The position numbers and the translations under genes are program-made. From positions 45,612 to 109,611 of the forward strand of contig JAQWSC010000008.1 of the NCBI GenBank assembly GCA_029243385.1: a stretch of DNA of 64,000 nt, read 5' to 3'. Below the pieces are notes generated by a model that was not told the origin of the DNA, made no database searches, and saw nothing but the letters and a program-made list of their open reading frames with translations. Source of the stretch: Flavobacteriaceae bacterium (GTDB lineage Bacteria; Bacteroidota; Bacteroidia; Flavobacteriales; Flavobacteriaceae). How positions within the stretch are numbered: position 1 is the first letter of the stretch; each line of letters begins with the position of its first letter. Below are positions 34,509-44,102 of this stretch, one piece after another.

Positions 34509-35648
34509 ATGATCAACAAGCGCCTTTTAGTTAAAAGTTTACTCGCTCATAATGATGAGAACAGTTTTTATGACAAAAAACGGCAGCTAAACATTGGGCA
34601 ACGCGAAGGAAAAGCCAAGTTTCTGAAACATATTTGCGCGCTCTCCAATAGCAATCCTATAAACAATTCGTATATCGTAGTGGGTGTTGAGGACGAAAGC
34701 AATGAAATCGTTGGCGTTGATTTTTTTGACGATAGCAAAATTCAAAACCTCATCAATGCATATTTAGAAAATCCTCCCATTGTTCTTTACGAGAACATTT
34801 TATTCCCACATCTTCCGGAAGGAAAGGTTGTAGGTTTGGTAACCATTCGCCCGATTCAAAAAGTAACTTCATTGCGAAAAAATATTTGGAAGTACTTTGG
34901 TGGAAGTGTGTTCTTTAGAGATGGCAGCACCTCTATGTCAAAAGTATATGATATTGAACTCAAAGATGTGAATTCGGAAATCGTTGAAACTATCGAAAAA
35001 CACGCAAAAAACAATATAAAATTGACTTTAGACGGCGTGTTTGAATTTATGGAACAGCATCGGGAGGGACTCAATCCAAAATACAAAGTCTTTAAAGAGT
35101 TTTTTGTTGTTTGTTGGGCTGGGCTTCAAAAAAAAGTAAAAAACAAGGTGTATTACTCGCGGATTGATATAGAGCTTATTAACGAGCAAGTCAAACTGTT
35201 TTACTCTGCTTTGGACGAGGTAGAAATTGAAATGAATGAAGATTCGTTTTCGATTATTGAATACGTTCGTTTGGGATTGTACGACGACTATGCTTATTAT
35301 CCTCTCGAAAAAGTAAGCATTGATTTTTCCGAAAATGGAGTGTATTCTTTAGAAACAGAACTTCTGTTCAAAGCCCCTCAATACGACAGAAAAACACTTC
35401 ACCATATCTACAATAGCAACAACATTCTTCTTGAAAAAATCAAAAACAAACAGCGACTCAACAGCAACGAAAAAAAGGATGTTCTTCAACTACCAGCTTC
35501 TTATATGCTTTGTTATTTAAATGATTTTGATGAAGCCAAAACCAAACTGATAGAATCGCAACCGTATTTATTGGCTTATGACGAATCTGTATACCTTCTT
35601 TACAAAGAAAGCATGCGTGTTTTGAGGAAAATAAAGTACAGTCGTTAG
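34509..35648 (+). CDS. AlbA_2/Schlafen-like putative nucleic-acid-binding domain protein with an uncharacterised C-terminal half
   Basis: N-terminal ENSFYDKKRQL..., LKHICALSNSNPINNSYIVVGVEDESNEIVGV and VFFRDGSTS match the remembered AlbA_2 pattern (E..lEfK, afaN..GG.l.iGV.D.g.i.G, R.Gs.t). I do not recognise aa 150-379. Confidence 0.6.
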   Translation: MINKRLLVKSLLAHNDENSFYDKKRQLNIGQREGKAKFLKHICALSNSNPINNSYIVVGVEDESNEIVGVDFFDDSKIQNLINAYLENPPIVLYENILFPHLPEGKVVGLVTIRPIQKVTSLRKNIWKYFGGSVFFRDGSTSMSKVYDIELKDVNSEIVETIEKHAKNNIKLTLDGVFEFMEQHREGLNPKYKVFKEFFVVCWAGLQKKVKNKVYYSRIDIELINEQVKLFYSALDEVEIEMNEDSFSIIEYVRLGLYDDYAYYPLEKVSIDFSENGVYSLETELLFKAPQYDRKTLHHIYNSNNILLEKIKNKQRLNSNEKKDVLQLPASYMLCYLNDFDEAKTKLIESQPYLLAYDESVYLLYKESMRVLRKIKYSR

Positions 35649-36232
35649 GCCTTTTTTTGGTATAATCCGTTCGTTTTGATGTAATTTTCTACCGATTCGG
35701 GAAGCAATTTACAGCTCGTTGCACCCTCAAAAATTTGCTGGCGAATATCGGTAGATGAAACCTCAACAGTAGGGAAGTTCATAAGCGTTACCGACTCCCA
35801 ATTGTGAAACGAATTTATGGAATTATTAACCGCTCTTGGGTAAACAAAAATTGGGAACTCCAAAATTCGTTGGTAGCGATTCCAGCTTGGTAGCGATTCA
35901 AGGCTATCGGATCCCATTAAAATAGAAAAGGCAACTTTTGGATATTGCTTTTCTAAATAATCCAGAGTGTTTGCCGTGTAATAAGGAGCTGGCAACAAAA
36001 ATTCTACCTCCGATATTTTTATGTTTTTTGATTCTGTTGAAAAAGCCTCTTTAAGCATCTGCAAGCGATGGTAATTGGGTGCTAATTCTTCTGCATTTTT
36101 GTGAGGGTTATGAGGAGTCAAAACTACCCAAAGCTCCTCCAGATTTGCTTGTTGTAAAAATGCTTTGGCAAGCGCTATGTGCGCATTGTGCACCGGATTG
36201 AAGGACCCAAAAAACAATCCTATTTTTTTCAC
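35645..36232 (-). CDS. nadD: nicotinate-nucleotide adenylyltransferase
   Basis: GSFNPVHNAH motif. GTG start (36232-36230). Confidence 0.85.
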   Translation of the reverse strand: MKKIGLFFGSFNPVHNAHIALAKAFLQQANLEELWVVLTPHNPHKNAEELAPNYHRLQMLKEAFSTESKNIKISEVEFLLPAPYYTANTLDYLEKQYPKVAFSILMGSDSLESLPSWNRYQRILEFPIFVYPRAVNNSINSFHNWESVTLMNFPTVEVSSTDIRQQIFEGATSCKLLPESVENYIKTNGLYQKKA

Positions 36233-36376
36233 ACGTTTAAATTTTAGTAATTAATTGATTTTATGATCATTATAAAATTGAGAACGTGTGCAACCACTCG
36301 CTGTACTCGTTCTCTCATTAAAAATTTTAAACATTCTCTTTTGTAAATGTATTTTTAAAATTTGTTAATGTTCGTT

Positions 36377-36952
36377 TCATGGCTGAGAAAGAAAGCTAGC
36401 AATTAGAGCGACTGTTTCTTTTTTGGCTGTTTCTAAATCATTGTTTTTAAGCAACACATCAAACTGCGAGGATTTGCCTATTTCCTTTTCAGATTTTGCC
36501 AATCGCAAACGAATTTTTTCTTCAGATTCTGTGTTTCTTGAACGCAGTCTTTGCTCCAAAACTTCCAAGCTTGGAGGTTGAACAAATACAGCGAGTGTTT
36601 GGTTGGGAAATTGTTTTTTGATTTGGAGCCCTCCTTCAACATCGATATCAAAAATAACATGCTTCCCTTCTGCCCAAATTCTTTCGACTTCACTTTTTAA
36701 GGTTCCATAAAAAGCCCCTTTGTAAACTTCTTCGTATTCTAAGAATTCTCCATTGGCCGCTTTTTTCAAAAAATCCTTTTCAGAAAAAAAATAGTAATCC
36801 TCGCCGCGTTTTTCAGAACCTCTAGGCGGTCGAGAAGTTGCCGAAACAGAAAACGAAAGAGAAAGATCAGGATGTGATAAAGCGTGGCGAACTAAGGTTG
36901 TTTTGCCACTACCAGAAGGTGCCGAAAATACAATACATTTTCCTGTATGCAT
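36377..36952 (-). CDS. gmk: guanylate kinase
   Basis: P-loop SAPSGSGKTT; SATSRPPRGSE. Confidence 0.9.
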   Translation of the reverse strand: MHTGKCIVFSAPSGSGKTTLVRHALSHPDLSLSFSVSATSRPPRGSEKRGEDYYFFSEKDFLKKAANGEFLEYEEVYKGAFYGTLKSEVERIWAEGKHVIFDIDVEGGLQIKKQFPNQTLAVFVQPPSLEVLEQRLRSRNTESEEKIRLRLAKSEKEIGKSSQFDVLLKNNDLETAKKETVALIASFLSQP

Positions 36953-37812
36953 TACAATACGTTTAGTAGTTGTTCTTTTAATTTTTCAAGTTCGTCTTTC
37001 ATTTTTACCACAATTTGTTGTAATAACGCATAGTTGGATTTGGAACCAATCGTATTAATTTCTCTTCCTATTTCTTGAGCAATGAACGCTAATTTTTTTC
37101 CTTTCATAGCGTGAGGTTCTTCCATTGTTTTGAGAAAATAGTCCAAGTGATGTTCCAAGCGCGTAATTTCTTCAGTAACATCGTATTTTTCGAGGTAATA
37201 AATTATTTCTTGCTCAAAGCGATTTTGATCAACCTCCATTTTCAATTCCTCCAATGATTTTTGAAGCCGTTTTTTAACTTGTTCAACGCGTTCGGGAGCC
37301 CATTTTTTTACCTCTTCCAACAAGGCTTTCAAAGCTTTGATTCGAATTAGAAAATCGTTTTCCAATGCCAAGCCTTCTTGATTCCGGTAGGACAAAACTT
37401 GATTTAGCGCATTCTGAATAGTATCAAGCAAAACATTCAATTCTGACGTATCCACTTCCGGGCGCTGTGAGCTAATCGCTTCAGGCATTCGTACAGCCAT
37501 TTTTAGCAGTTCCATGTCTTCTCCGTCAGAAATTTGTTTCAATTGTTTGATGTAACCCTTCACGATTTGTTGATTGACTTCAGTAGAAGTTTCTTCACCT
37601 GTAAAGTCCGTATAAACAGATACATCAATTTTTCCACGCTCCAATAGCTTAGCTACTGATTTTCGGATCTCCATTTCTTTTTGGCGATACTGCGACGAAA
37701 GTCTAATGTTAAGATCTAAGTTCTTGCTGTTGAGGCTTTTAATCTCAACTTTGATTTTTTTGTTTGGCGTTTGAGAAACTGCTTTCCCAAAGCCAGTCAT
37801 TGACTGAATCAT
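36952..37812 (-). CDS. yicC: YicC family stress-induced protein
   Basis: MIQSMTGFG N-terminus and C-terminal EIGREINTIGSKS. TAATG overlap with gmk. Confidence 0.85.
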   Translation of the reverse strand: MIQSMTGFGKAVSQTPNKKIKVEIKSLNSKNLDLNIRLSSQYRQKEMEIRKSVAKLLERGKIDVSVYTDFTGEETSTEVNQQIVKGYIKQLKQISDGEDMELLKMAVRMPEAISSQRPEVDTSELNVLLDTIQNALNQVLSYRNQEGLALENDFLIRIKALKALLEEVKKWAPERVEQVKKRLQKSLEELKMEVDQNRFEQEIIYYLEKYDVTEEITRLEHHLDYFLKTMEEPHAMKGKKLAFIAQEIGREINTIGSKSNYALLQQIVVKMKDELEKLKEQLLNVL

Positions 37813-37881
37813 TCTATTAAATATAAGCCGACAAGGTACAAAAAATGTAAATGGGTTGGAATCAATTTTGAAGAAAAGACG

Positions 37882-38772
37882 CTATTTTGAATCCTTTTTG
37901 GTTACTAAATAAACTCCAACACAAACGATGATCGCAGCTACTGATTTTATAAATGTAAGCGAATCGCTCCCCATCCAAATAGCAAACAGAATTCCCAACA
38001 AAGGCTGAACATAGGCAAATATGCTTACCGATGATGCTGTTAAAATCCGAAGTGCATACATGTTTAGCAAGTAGGTCATGCAAGTAGTGCCAACAACGAC
38101 ATAAATAATCGGTAAAATAGCTTCGATTACAGGCAATGTTGGCCACGAAATTGCTGCTACTTCTTGGTACGTAATCGGAATATTTAAAAATGTCCCAAAA
38201 AAAAACAACCATTTGAGTACGGTTATCAAATGATATTTTTGTGTTAACGGGCGAATTAAAATCAAGTAAAGACCGTAGCTAGCCGCATTTACCACAAACA
38301 AGAAGTTTCCCAATGGAATGTCTGGAGCGTCTGTTCGAATTTCTTTTCCAAACAACACCAAAAATAGAGCCCCAATCAATCCCAAAACTACACCAACTTT
38401 TTTGCGCAAGCTGGCCTTTTCTTTGAGTAAAAAAGCCGAAAAAGTAAAGACAAGAATAGGTGTTGCTGTAATGATAACAGAACTGTTAATGGGCGTTGAA
38501 AGCTCCAATCCCTTAAAAAAAGAGAGCATATTAATTCCCGCACCAAAAACAGTACAAACCAAAAGCCGAGCCCAATCCGAGCGGTCGATTTTCTCTTTGG
38601 GTAAAAAAATACTGAAACTCCAAAATAAAATAGCGGCTCCCGTGACTCGCAATTGAATGAACCCAAAAGGTTGAACATACGTTGGCATAACTCCTTTGGC
38701 TATGGTATGATTTAAAGCATAGATGGTCGTTGCTCCCAAAGCTGCTAACAATGCCCATATTCGACTATTCAT
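37882..38772 (-). CDS. EamA/DMT family transporter
   Basis: 10-TM protein with two EamA-like halves. Confidence 0.8.
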   Translation of the reverse strand: MNSRIWALLAALGATTIYALNHTIAKGVMPTYVQPFGFIQLRVTGAAILFWSFSIFLPKEKIDRSDWARLLVCTVFGAGINMLSFFKGLELSTPINSSVIITATPILVFTFSAFLLKEKASLRKKVGVVLGLIGALFLVLFGKEIRTDAPDIPLGNFLFVVNAASYGLYLILIRPLTQKYHLITVLKWLFFFGTFLNIPITYQEVAAISWPTLPVIEAILPIIYVVVGTTCMTYLLNMYALRILTASSVSIFAYVQPLLGILFAIWMGSDSLTFIKSVAAIIVCVGVYLVTKKDSK

Positions 38773-39118
38773 GGAGTGCTGATTTAACTTGGTCTATTGT
38801 TTTTGTCGAATTGCCAATAAAAATTTGCCCCCCGATTACGAATACAGGTCGCTTCAAGTAGGTATAATGCTCCAATAGCATCCGTTTGTAAGCGGATTCA
38901 TCGGGCTGGAAACCTTCCTTTTTTTGGGCTAAAAACAACCGCGATCGCTTATTAAATAGCGCTTCATAAGTCCCAGACAGATGCGCCAATTCTTGAAGCT
39001 GCTCTTTTGTAATAGGCATATTCTTAATGTCTTGCTGTGCGATATCAGAAGGTAAATTCAAATCATTTATAATCCGTTTACAAGTAGAACAAGTGGATAA
39101 ATGATACAATTTTTTCAC
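38765..39118 (-). CDS. ArsC/Spx/YffB family reductase-like protein
   Basis: VKKLYHLSTCSTCKRI N-terminus with the family Cys. I chose the GTG at 39118; the track TTG at 39154 adds a non-conserved-looking extension. Confidence 0.65.
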   Translation of the reverse strand: MKKLYHLSTCSTCKRIINDLNLPSDIAQQDIKNMPITKEQLQELAHLSGTYEALFNKRSRLFLAQKKEGFQPDESAYKRMLLEHYTYLKRPVFVIGGQIFIGNSTKTIDQVKSALHE

Positions 39119-39197
39119 AGTAACAAGCAAATAATAGTTTACACAAATTTGCAAGAATTTTTAAGAACCTACAATGTATAATTTAAGAAAGTTGAAC

Positions 39198-39205
39198 TAC
39201 CTTTG
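39198..39205 (+). promoter_or_regulatory. candidate -7 box (TACCTTTG) for the trans-sulfuration gene
   Basis: 21 nt upstream of ATG 39227. Confidence 0.35.
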
Positions 39206-39226
39206 TTTTGTTTAAAGAATGTTGAT

Positions 39227-40381
39227 ATGAGTAGTAAAAAAATGAAGTTCAATACCAAAACCATTCACGGCGGTCAAATCCCTGAAAAGGGCTACGGTTC
39301 TGTGATGCCTCCTATATACCAAACATCTACCTACGCACAAAGCAGTCCTGGAGATCATAAAGGTTTCGAGTATTCTAGAACTCACAATCCAACCCGACAT
39401 GCTTTGGAACAATCTTTTGCTAGTATCGAAAATGGGCAATTTGGATTGGCTTTTGGCTCTGGGCTAGCAGCTATTGATGCCGTAATTAAATTGCTTCAAC
39501 CCGGTGATGAAGTTATTTCTACTAACGACTTGTATGGAGGAACATACCGTCTTTTTACAAAAATATTTGAGCAATTTGGAGTGAAATTTCACTTTGTTGG
39601 AATGACTAGCATCTCTGAAATTGAAAAACGCATTAATAACAATACTAAGTTACTTTGGGTTGAGACACCCACCAATCCCATGATGAATGTGATTGACATT
39701 GAAGCCGTTGCTGATCTGTCTAAAAAACACGACCTTTTATTAGCCGTTGATAACACCTTTGCTACTCCTTATTTGCAACAACCCCTAGATTTAGGTGCAG
39801 ATATCGTTATGCATTCCGCAACAAAATACTTGGGCGGACATAGCGATGTTGTGCTTGGAGCACTTGTTGTAAAAGATGCTAAGCTTGCCGAAAAATTATA
39901 TTTTATTCAAAATGCGAGCGGTGCTGTTTGTGGACCCATGGATAGTTTTTTAACACTTAGAGGAATTAAAACTTTACACGTAAGAATGCAACGTCATTGT
40001 GAAAATGGTAAAGCAGTAGCGCGTTATTTAAAGCAACATCCAAAAATTGAAAAAGTATATTGGCCTGGCTTTGAAGATCATCCCAATCACGATATCGCCA
40101 AAAAACAAATGAGTGATTTTGGCGGAATGATTTCTTTTGTAACCAAGGGAAATGACTATCAACAAGCCATTCGAATCGTAGAATCATTGCGAGTCTTTAC
40201 TCTTGCCGAATCCTTGGGTGGCGTTGAAAGTTTAGCTGGACATCCCGCCAGTATGACACACGCTTCTATCCCCAAAGAGGAACGTGAAAAAACGGGTGTA
40301 GTAGATTCTTTAATTCGACTTAGCGTTGGAATTGAAGATTCGGAAGATCTTATTAATGACTTAAAACAAGCCATTGGATAG
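39227..40381 (+). CDS. PLP-dependent Cys/Met metabolism enzyme (cystathionine gamma-synthase / beta-lyase family)
   Basis: PLP-lysine context HSATKYLGGHSD; YSRTHNPT. The track start at 39203 was trimmed to ATG 39227. Confidence 0.85.
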   Translation: MSSKKMKFNTKTIHGGQIPEKGYGSVMPPIYQTSTYAQSSPGDHKGFEYSRTHNPTRHALEQSFASIENGQFGLAFGSGLAAIDAVIKLLQPGDEVISTNDLYGGTYRLFTKIFEQFGVKFHFVGMTSISEIEKRINNNTKLLWVETPTNPMMNVIDIEAVADLSKKHDLLLAVDNTFATPYLQQPLDLGADIVMHSATKYLGGHSDVVLGALVVKDAKLAEKLYFIQNASGAVCGPMDSFLTLRGIKTLHVRMQRHCENGKAVARYLKQHPKIEKVYWPGFEDHPNHDIAKKQMSDFGGMISFVTKGNDYQQAIRIVESLRVFTLAESLGGVESLAGHPASMTHASIPKEEREKTGVVDSLIRLSVGIEDSEDLINDLKQAIG

Positions 40382-40397
40382 GTTTGAATTTTATCCC

Positions 40398-40405
40398 TAT
40401 TTTTG
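40398..40405 (+). promoter_or_regulatory. candidate -7 box (TATTTTTG) for gdhA
   Basis: 21 nt upstream of ATG 40427. Confidence 0.35.
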
Positions 40406-40426
40406 AATGAAACTAAATCTTCTGAC

Positions 40427-41770
40427 ATGGAACAAATAATTAAATCCTTTCTCTCTGAAGTTGAATCTAAAAATAGAAACGAGCCTGAATTCATGCAAGC
40501 CGTTCAAGAGGTCGCTGAAACGGTAATCCCCTATATTGTTAAACAGGATATTTACCATGGGAAAAATATTTTACTCCGAATGGCAGAGCCTGAACGCGTT
40601 CTTATGTTTCGGGTTTCATGGGTCGATGATCAAGGGGAAATTCGAGTAAATCGAGGGTACAGGATTGAAATGAATTCTGCTATTGGCCCCTACAAAGGAG
40701 GCTTACGATTCCATCCGAGTGTAGATCTGAGTGTTTTGAAATTTTTAGCTTTCGAACAAGTTTTTAAAAACAGTCTTACTACACTTCCTATGGGTGGCGG
40801 TAAGGGCGGCTCTGATTTTGACCCAAAAGGAAAATCAGACGCAGAAGTCATGCGGTTTTGCCAAAGTTTTATGACTGAGCTATTTCGTCATATAGGTCCA
40901 AACAAGGACATTCCTGCTGGAGATATTGGTGTTGGAGGTCGTGAAATTGGCTATATGTTTGGACAATACAAACGATTAAAAAACGAATTTACAGGCGTTC
41001 TTACAGGAAAAGGAATTTCGTGGGGAGGATCTCTCATTCGACCCGAAGCTACTGGATATGGAAACGTATATTTTGCAGAAAATATGCTCCAAAAAAACAG
41101 CCAAACCTTGGAGGGGAAGTCTGTTGTTATTTCGGGCTCTGGAAACGTAGCCCAATATGCCGCTGAAAAATGCATTCAATTAGGCGCTAAAGTCGTTACA
41201 CTTTCTGATTCTTCAGGATATATTTATGACGCCGAGGGAATTGATGAGGAAAAGTTGGCCTTTGTTATGGAGTTAAAAAACAATCGAAGAGGAAGAATCA
41301 GCGAATACGTTGAAGCCTACCCTTCAGCGCAATTTTTTGCTGGAAAACGTCCGTGGGAAACTCCGTGTGATATTGCACTTCCTTCAGCAACTCAAAACGA
41401 ATTGGACGAAAAAGATGCCATTTCTTTGGTCAAAAATGGATGTATGTGCGTAAGTGAAGGAGCTAATATGCCTTCAACCCACAAAGCCATTGCCATTTTT
41501 CATAAACACAAAATTTTGTTTGCCCCCGGAAAAGCATCCAATGCTGGAGGAGTGGCCGTTTCAGGTTTGGAAATGGCACAAAACTCACTTCGTTACAATT
41601 GGACGCGAGAAGAAGTAGATGCCAAATTGAAAGGAATTATGCATGAAATTCACAATTCATGTATTCAGTATGGTGAAGAAAGTGATGGTTATATCAACTA
41701 TGTGAAGGGAGCAAATATTGCTGGTTTTGTAAAAGTTGCAGACGCTATGTTGGCACAAGGAGTTGTTTAA
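40427..41770 (+). CDS. gdhA: NADP-specific glutamate dehydrogenase
   Basis: LPMGGGKGGSDFDPKGKSD active-site motif; GSGNVAQYA dinucleotide fold. The track start at 40403 is TTG. Confidence 0.9.
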   Translation: MEQIIKSFLSEVESKNRNEPEFMQAVQEVAETVIPYIVKQDIYHGKNILLRMAEPERVLMFRVSWVDDQGEIRVNRGYRIEMNSAIGPYKGGLRFHPSVDLSVLKFLAFEQVFKNSLTTLPMGGGKGGSDFDPKGKSDAEVMRFCQSFMTELFRHIGPNKDIPAGDIGVGGREIGYMFGQYKRLKNEFTGVLTGKGISWGGSLIRPEATGYGNVYFAENMLQKNSQTLEGKSVVISGSGNVAQYAAEKCIQLGAKVVTLSDSSGYIYDAEGIDEEKLAFVMELKNNRRGRISEYVEAYPSAQFFAGKRPWETPCDIALPSATQNELDEKDAISLVKNGCMCVSEGANMPSTHKAIAIFHKHKILFAPGKASNAGGVAVSGLEMAQNSLRYNWTREEVDAKLKGIMHEIHNSCIQYGEESDGYINYVKGANIAGFVKVADAMLAQGVV

Positions 41771-41834
41771 TTTCTCCTTGCAAATAACATCCTCACAAAA
41801 ATTGCGTTCATTTAAATACCTTAGTATCGATACG

Positions 41835-44102
41835 ATGAAAAAATTTTTGTTGGGTTTTTTGCTGATGGGTTGGGGAATGCAAAGCCAGTCCTTAGTTCAA
41901 AAATGGGAAGGGCACTTTTCGTATCAATACATTTCAGCAATTACTTCCAATGAAAACACCCTCATTACGGCTGCAGATAACGCGATTTTTTTATACGACA
42001 CACAAACCCACCAGCGAACAACGCTTACTACCATTGAGGGGCTTACCGGAGAATCGATAAGCAGTCTTCACTTCGACAACACCAATAACCAACTGATCGT
42101 AGGATATGAAAACGGTATGTTGAGTGTTTACTCATTCGATGACGCCTCTATTTATACCGATGTTTCTATCTACAACAAAACAAGCCTTTCCAATTCTAAA
42201 AAAAGAATCAATGCTTTTGAAGTTTTTGATAATCAACTAATTATTTCATGCGATTTTGGAATTTCCATTTACAATCCTACTAAAAAAGAATTTGGAGATA
42301 CCTACTATTTTGGGGCTAATGGAAATCCGTTGGCTGTTCGTCAAACGGTTGTTTTTGAAGAATATATCTATGCTGCAACAGATGTCGGAATCTATCGTGC
42401 TTTCAAAAACGCGAACAACCTCATTTCCTATACCAATTGGGAGTTGATTACAGGTGGCGATTGGAATGGTTTAACGCTGTTTGAAGAAAAGCTCGTAGCA
42501 ACCCACAAAAGCAATCGAAGTATTTACGAATTTAACGGTGCTACCTTTGTAAAAAAAATTACGTTGCCTTCCGTCATAAAAAGTATTGAAGCTCATTCAA
42601 CACAATTAGTCGTTGCCACCCAAAATGCCATTGAACTAATTAATACGGATTTTACTGTAGCCCAAACATTATCGTATAATGAACAAAAATACGGTTGCGC
42701 AATCGGCAAAGAAAATTACGTGTATGCGGGTACTGAGAAAGATGGCCTTGTCAAAATCAACTCTCTAGCAACCAATGATGCTGAAATCATTTCCCCAGAA
42801 GGTCCATTGTCTAATTTTGCGTTTAACATTACCGTTATTCCTAATGAAATTTGGGTCGTTTATGGCGATTATTCCATTTATTTCAATCCATTCCCAGAAA
42901 AGCGCGAAGGATTTAGCCACTTCAAAGAAAATACCTGGGTCAATGTGCCCTACTCAGACGTTTTGGGGGCTTCTAATTTAGTGCATGTCAATCCTCATCC
43001 CAAAGATTCGTCCAAAGTGTATATGGGGTCTTTCCAGTCGGGCTTGTTATATGTGGAAGACGATGTCCCACAAGTTCTTTACAATCAGTACAACAGCGGT
43101 TTGGAATCTATTAGTTTTGTTGACTACAGTAGCATTCGAATTAGAAGTACGTATTTTGATGAAAACGGTGATCTTTGGGTTTTAACTGCATTTTTGGAGG
43201 AAGGTCTAAAAAAATTAGGCGCTGATGGCTCTTGGACTAGCTACAGCATTCAAACTGCCGTTCCTGATCACACGCTCATTTCAGCGTATTCAAATATTGT
43301 AAAAGACAGAAACAACACACTGTTTTTTGGAAGTTCACACAATGGAATTGTAGGCTTTACAACACAAGGAGGAAGTCCAATTTCAAAAAGTATTTTTGGT
43401 GAAGAAAACAATTTTCCACACAATGGTGTTCGAACGGTTGCCTTGGATTTAGACGGATATTTATGGATGGGGACTACCAAAGGACTTCGTGTAATATATG
43501 ATACCGCAAGTTTTTTTTCTGAGGAATCTCTCAAAGTACAAGAAATTATTATTGACGATCAAGGCAATGCTAGCGAACTATTGTACCAACAATTTATTAC
43601 CAGCATTAAGGTTGACGGTAACAATCGCAAGTGGGTAGCTACTGCAGATTCAGGAGTTTTTTTGTTTTCAGCCAATGGGCAAGAAACCTTGCAACATTTT
43701 ACCAAAGAAAACAGCCCGCTTCCATCCAATACGGTAAATGCCGTTGAGCTCGATCCTGCTACTGGAAAAGTTTATTTTGCAACAGCAAAAGGACTCATTT
43801 CTTTTCAGGGAAAAGCTTTTTTGCCTGAAGAAACTTACAGCAATGTAACGGTTTACCCAAACCCTGTTCGGCCAGGTTTTCATGATGATGTTACCATTCG
43901 CGGTTTGATTGAAAACAGTCATGTTAAAATCACAGATATTGAGGGCAACTTAGTCTTTGAAGGGCAATCCGATGGGGGAAGTATTCTGTGGAATCAAGAA
44001 GCCTTTGGCCGCCATAAAGTAGCTTCAGGGGTATATCTCATTTTCATTTCCGATGCCGAGGGAACTAAGACCAAAATAGCCAAACTAATGATCATTCGAT
44101 AA
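41835..44102 (+). CDS. T9SS-sorted beta-propeller protein, PorZ-like
   Basis: Signal peptide MKKFLLGFLLMGWGMQSQS; Reg_prop-like repeats (NGVRTVALDLDGYLWMGTTKGL); C-terminal sorting domain VTVYPNPVRPG...AKLMIIR. The PorZ assignment rests on size and architecture only. Confidence 0.6.
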   Translation: MKKFLLGFLLMGWGMQSQSLVQKWEGHFSYQYISAITSNENTLITAADNAIFLYDTQTHQRTTLTTIEGLTGESISSLHFDNTNNQLIVGYENGMLSVYSFDDASIYTDVSIYNKTSLSNSKKRINAFEVFDNQLIISCDFGISIYNPTKKEFGDTYYFGANGNPLAVRQTVVFEEYIYAATDVGIYRAFKNANNLISYTNWELITGGDWNGLTLFEEKLVATHKSNRSIYEFNGATFVKKITLPSVIKSIEAHSTQLVVATQNAIELINTDFTVAQTLSYNEQKYGCAIGKENYVYAGTEKDGLVKINSLATNDAEIISPEGPLSNFAFNITVIPNEIWVVYGDYSIYFNPFPEKREGFSHFKENTWVNVPYSDVLGASNLVHVNPHPKDSSKVYMGSFQSGLLYVEDDVPQVLYNQYNSGLESISFVDYSSIRIRSTYFDENGDLWVLTAFLEEGLKKLGADGSWTSYSIQTAVPDHTLISAYSNIVKDRNNTLFFGSSHNGIVGFTTQGGSPISKSIFGEENNFPHNGVRTVALDLDGYLWMGTTKGLRVIYDTASFFSEESLKVQEIIIDDQGNASELLYQQFITSIKVDGNNRKWVATADSGVFLFSANGQETLQHFTKENSPLPSNTVNAVELDPATGKVYFATAKGLISFQGKAFLPEETYSNVTVYPNPVRPGFHDDVTIRGLIENSHVKITDIEGNLVFEGQSDGGSILWNQEAFGRHKVASGVYLIFISDAEGTKTKIAKLMIIR

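Noticed and set aside
37862-38212. 116-aa ORF in an alternative frame of the EamA transporter gene, plus the related 38318-38758 ORFs.
   Set aside because: These are same-locus alternative frames of a clear 10-TM transporter. They are Cys/His/Phe-rich nonsense-like sequence.
41736-41834. N-terminal extensions in the ORF track. This one is for the PorZ-like gene; similar cases are at 1802-1873, 1717-1917, 20190-20216, 24844-24882, 24897-24914, 39203-39226, 40403-40426, 44769-44804 and 58050-58058.
   Set aside because: The extensions begin at TTG/GTG or at upstream ATGs, overlap neighbouring genes or -7 boxes, and precede much better signal-peptide or family-typical N-termini at the internal ATG.
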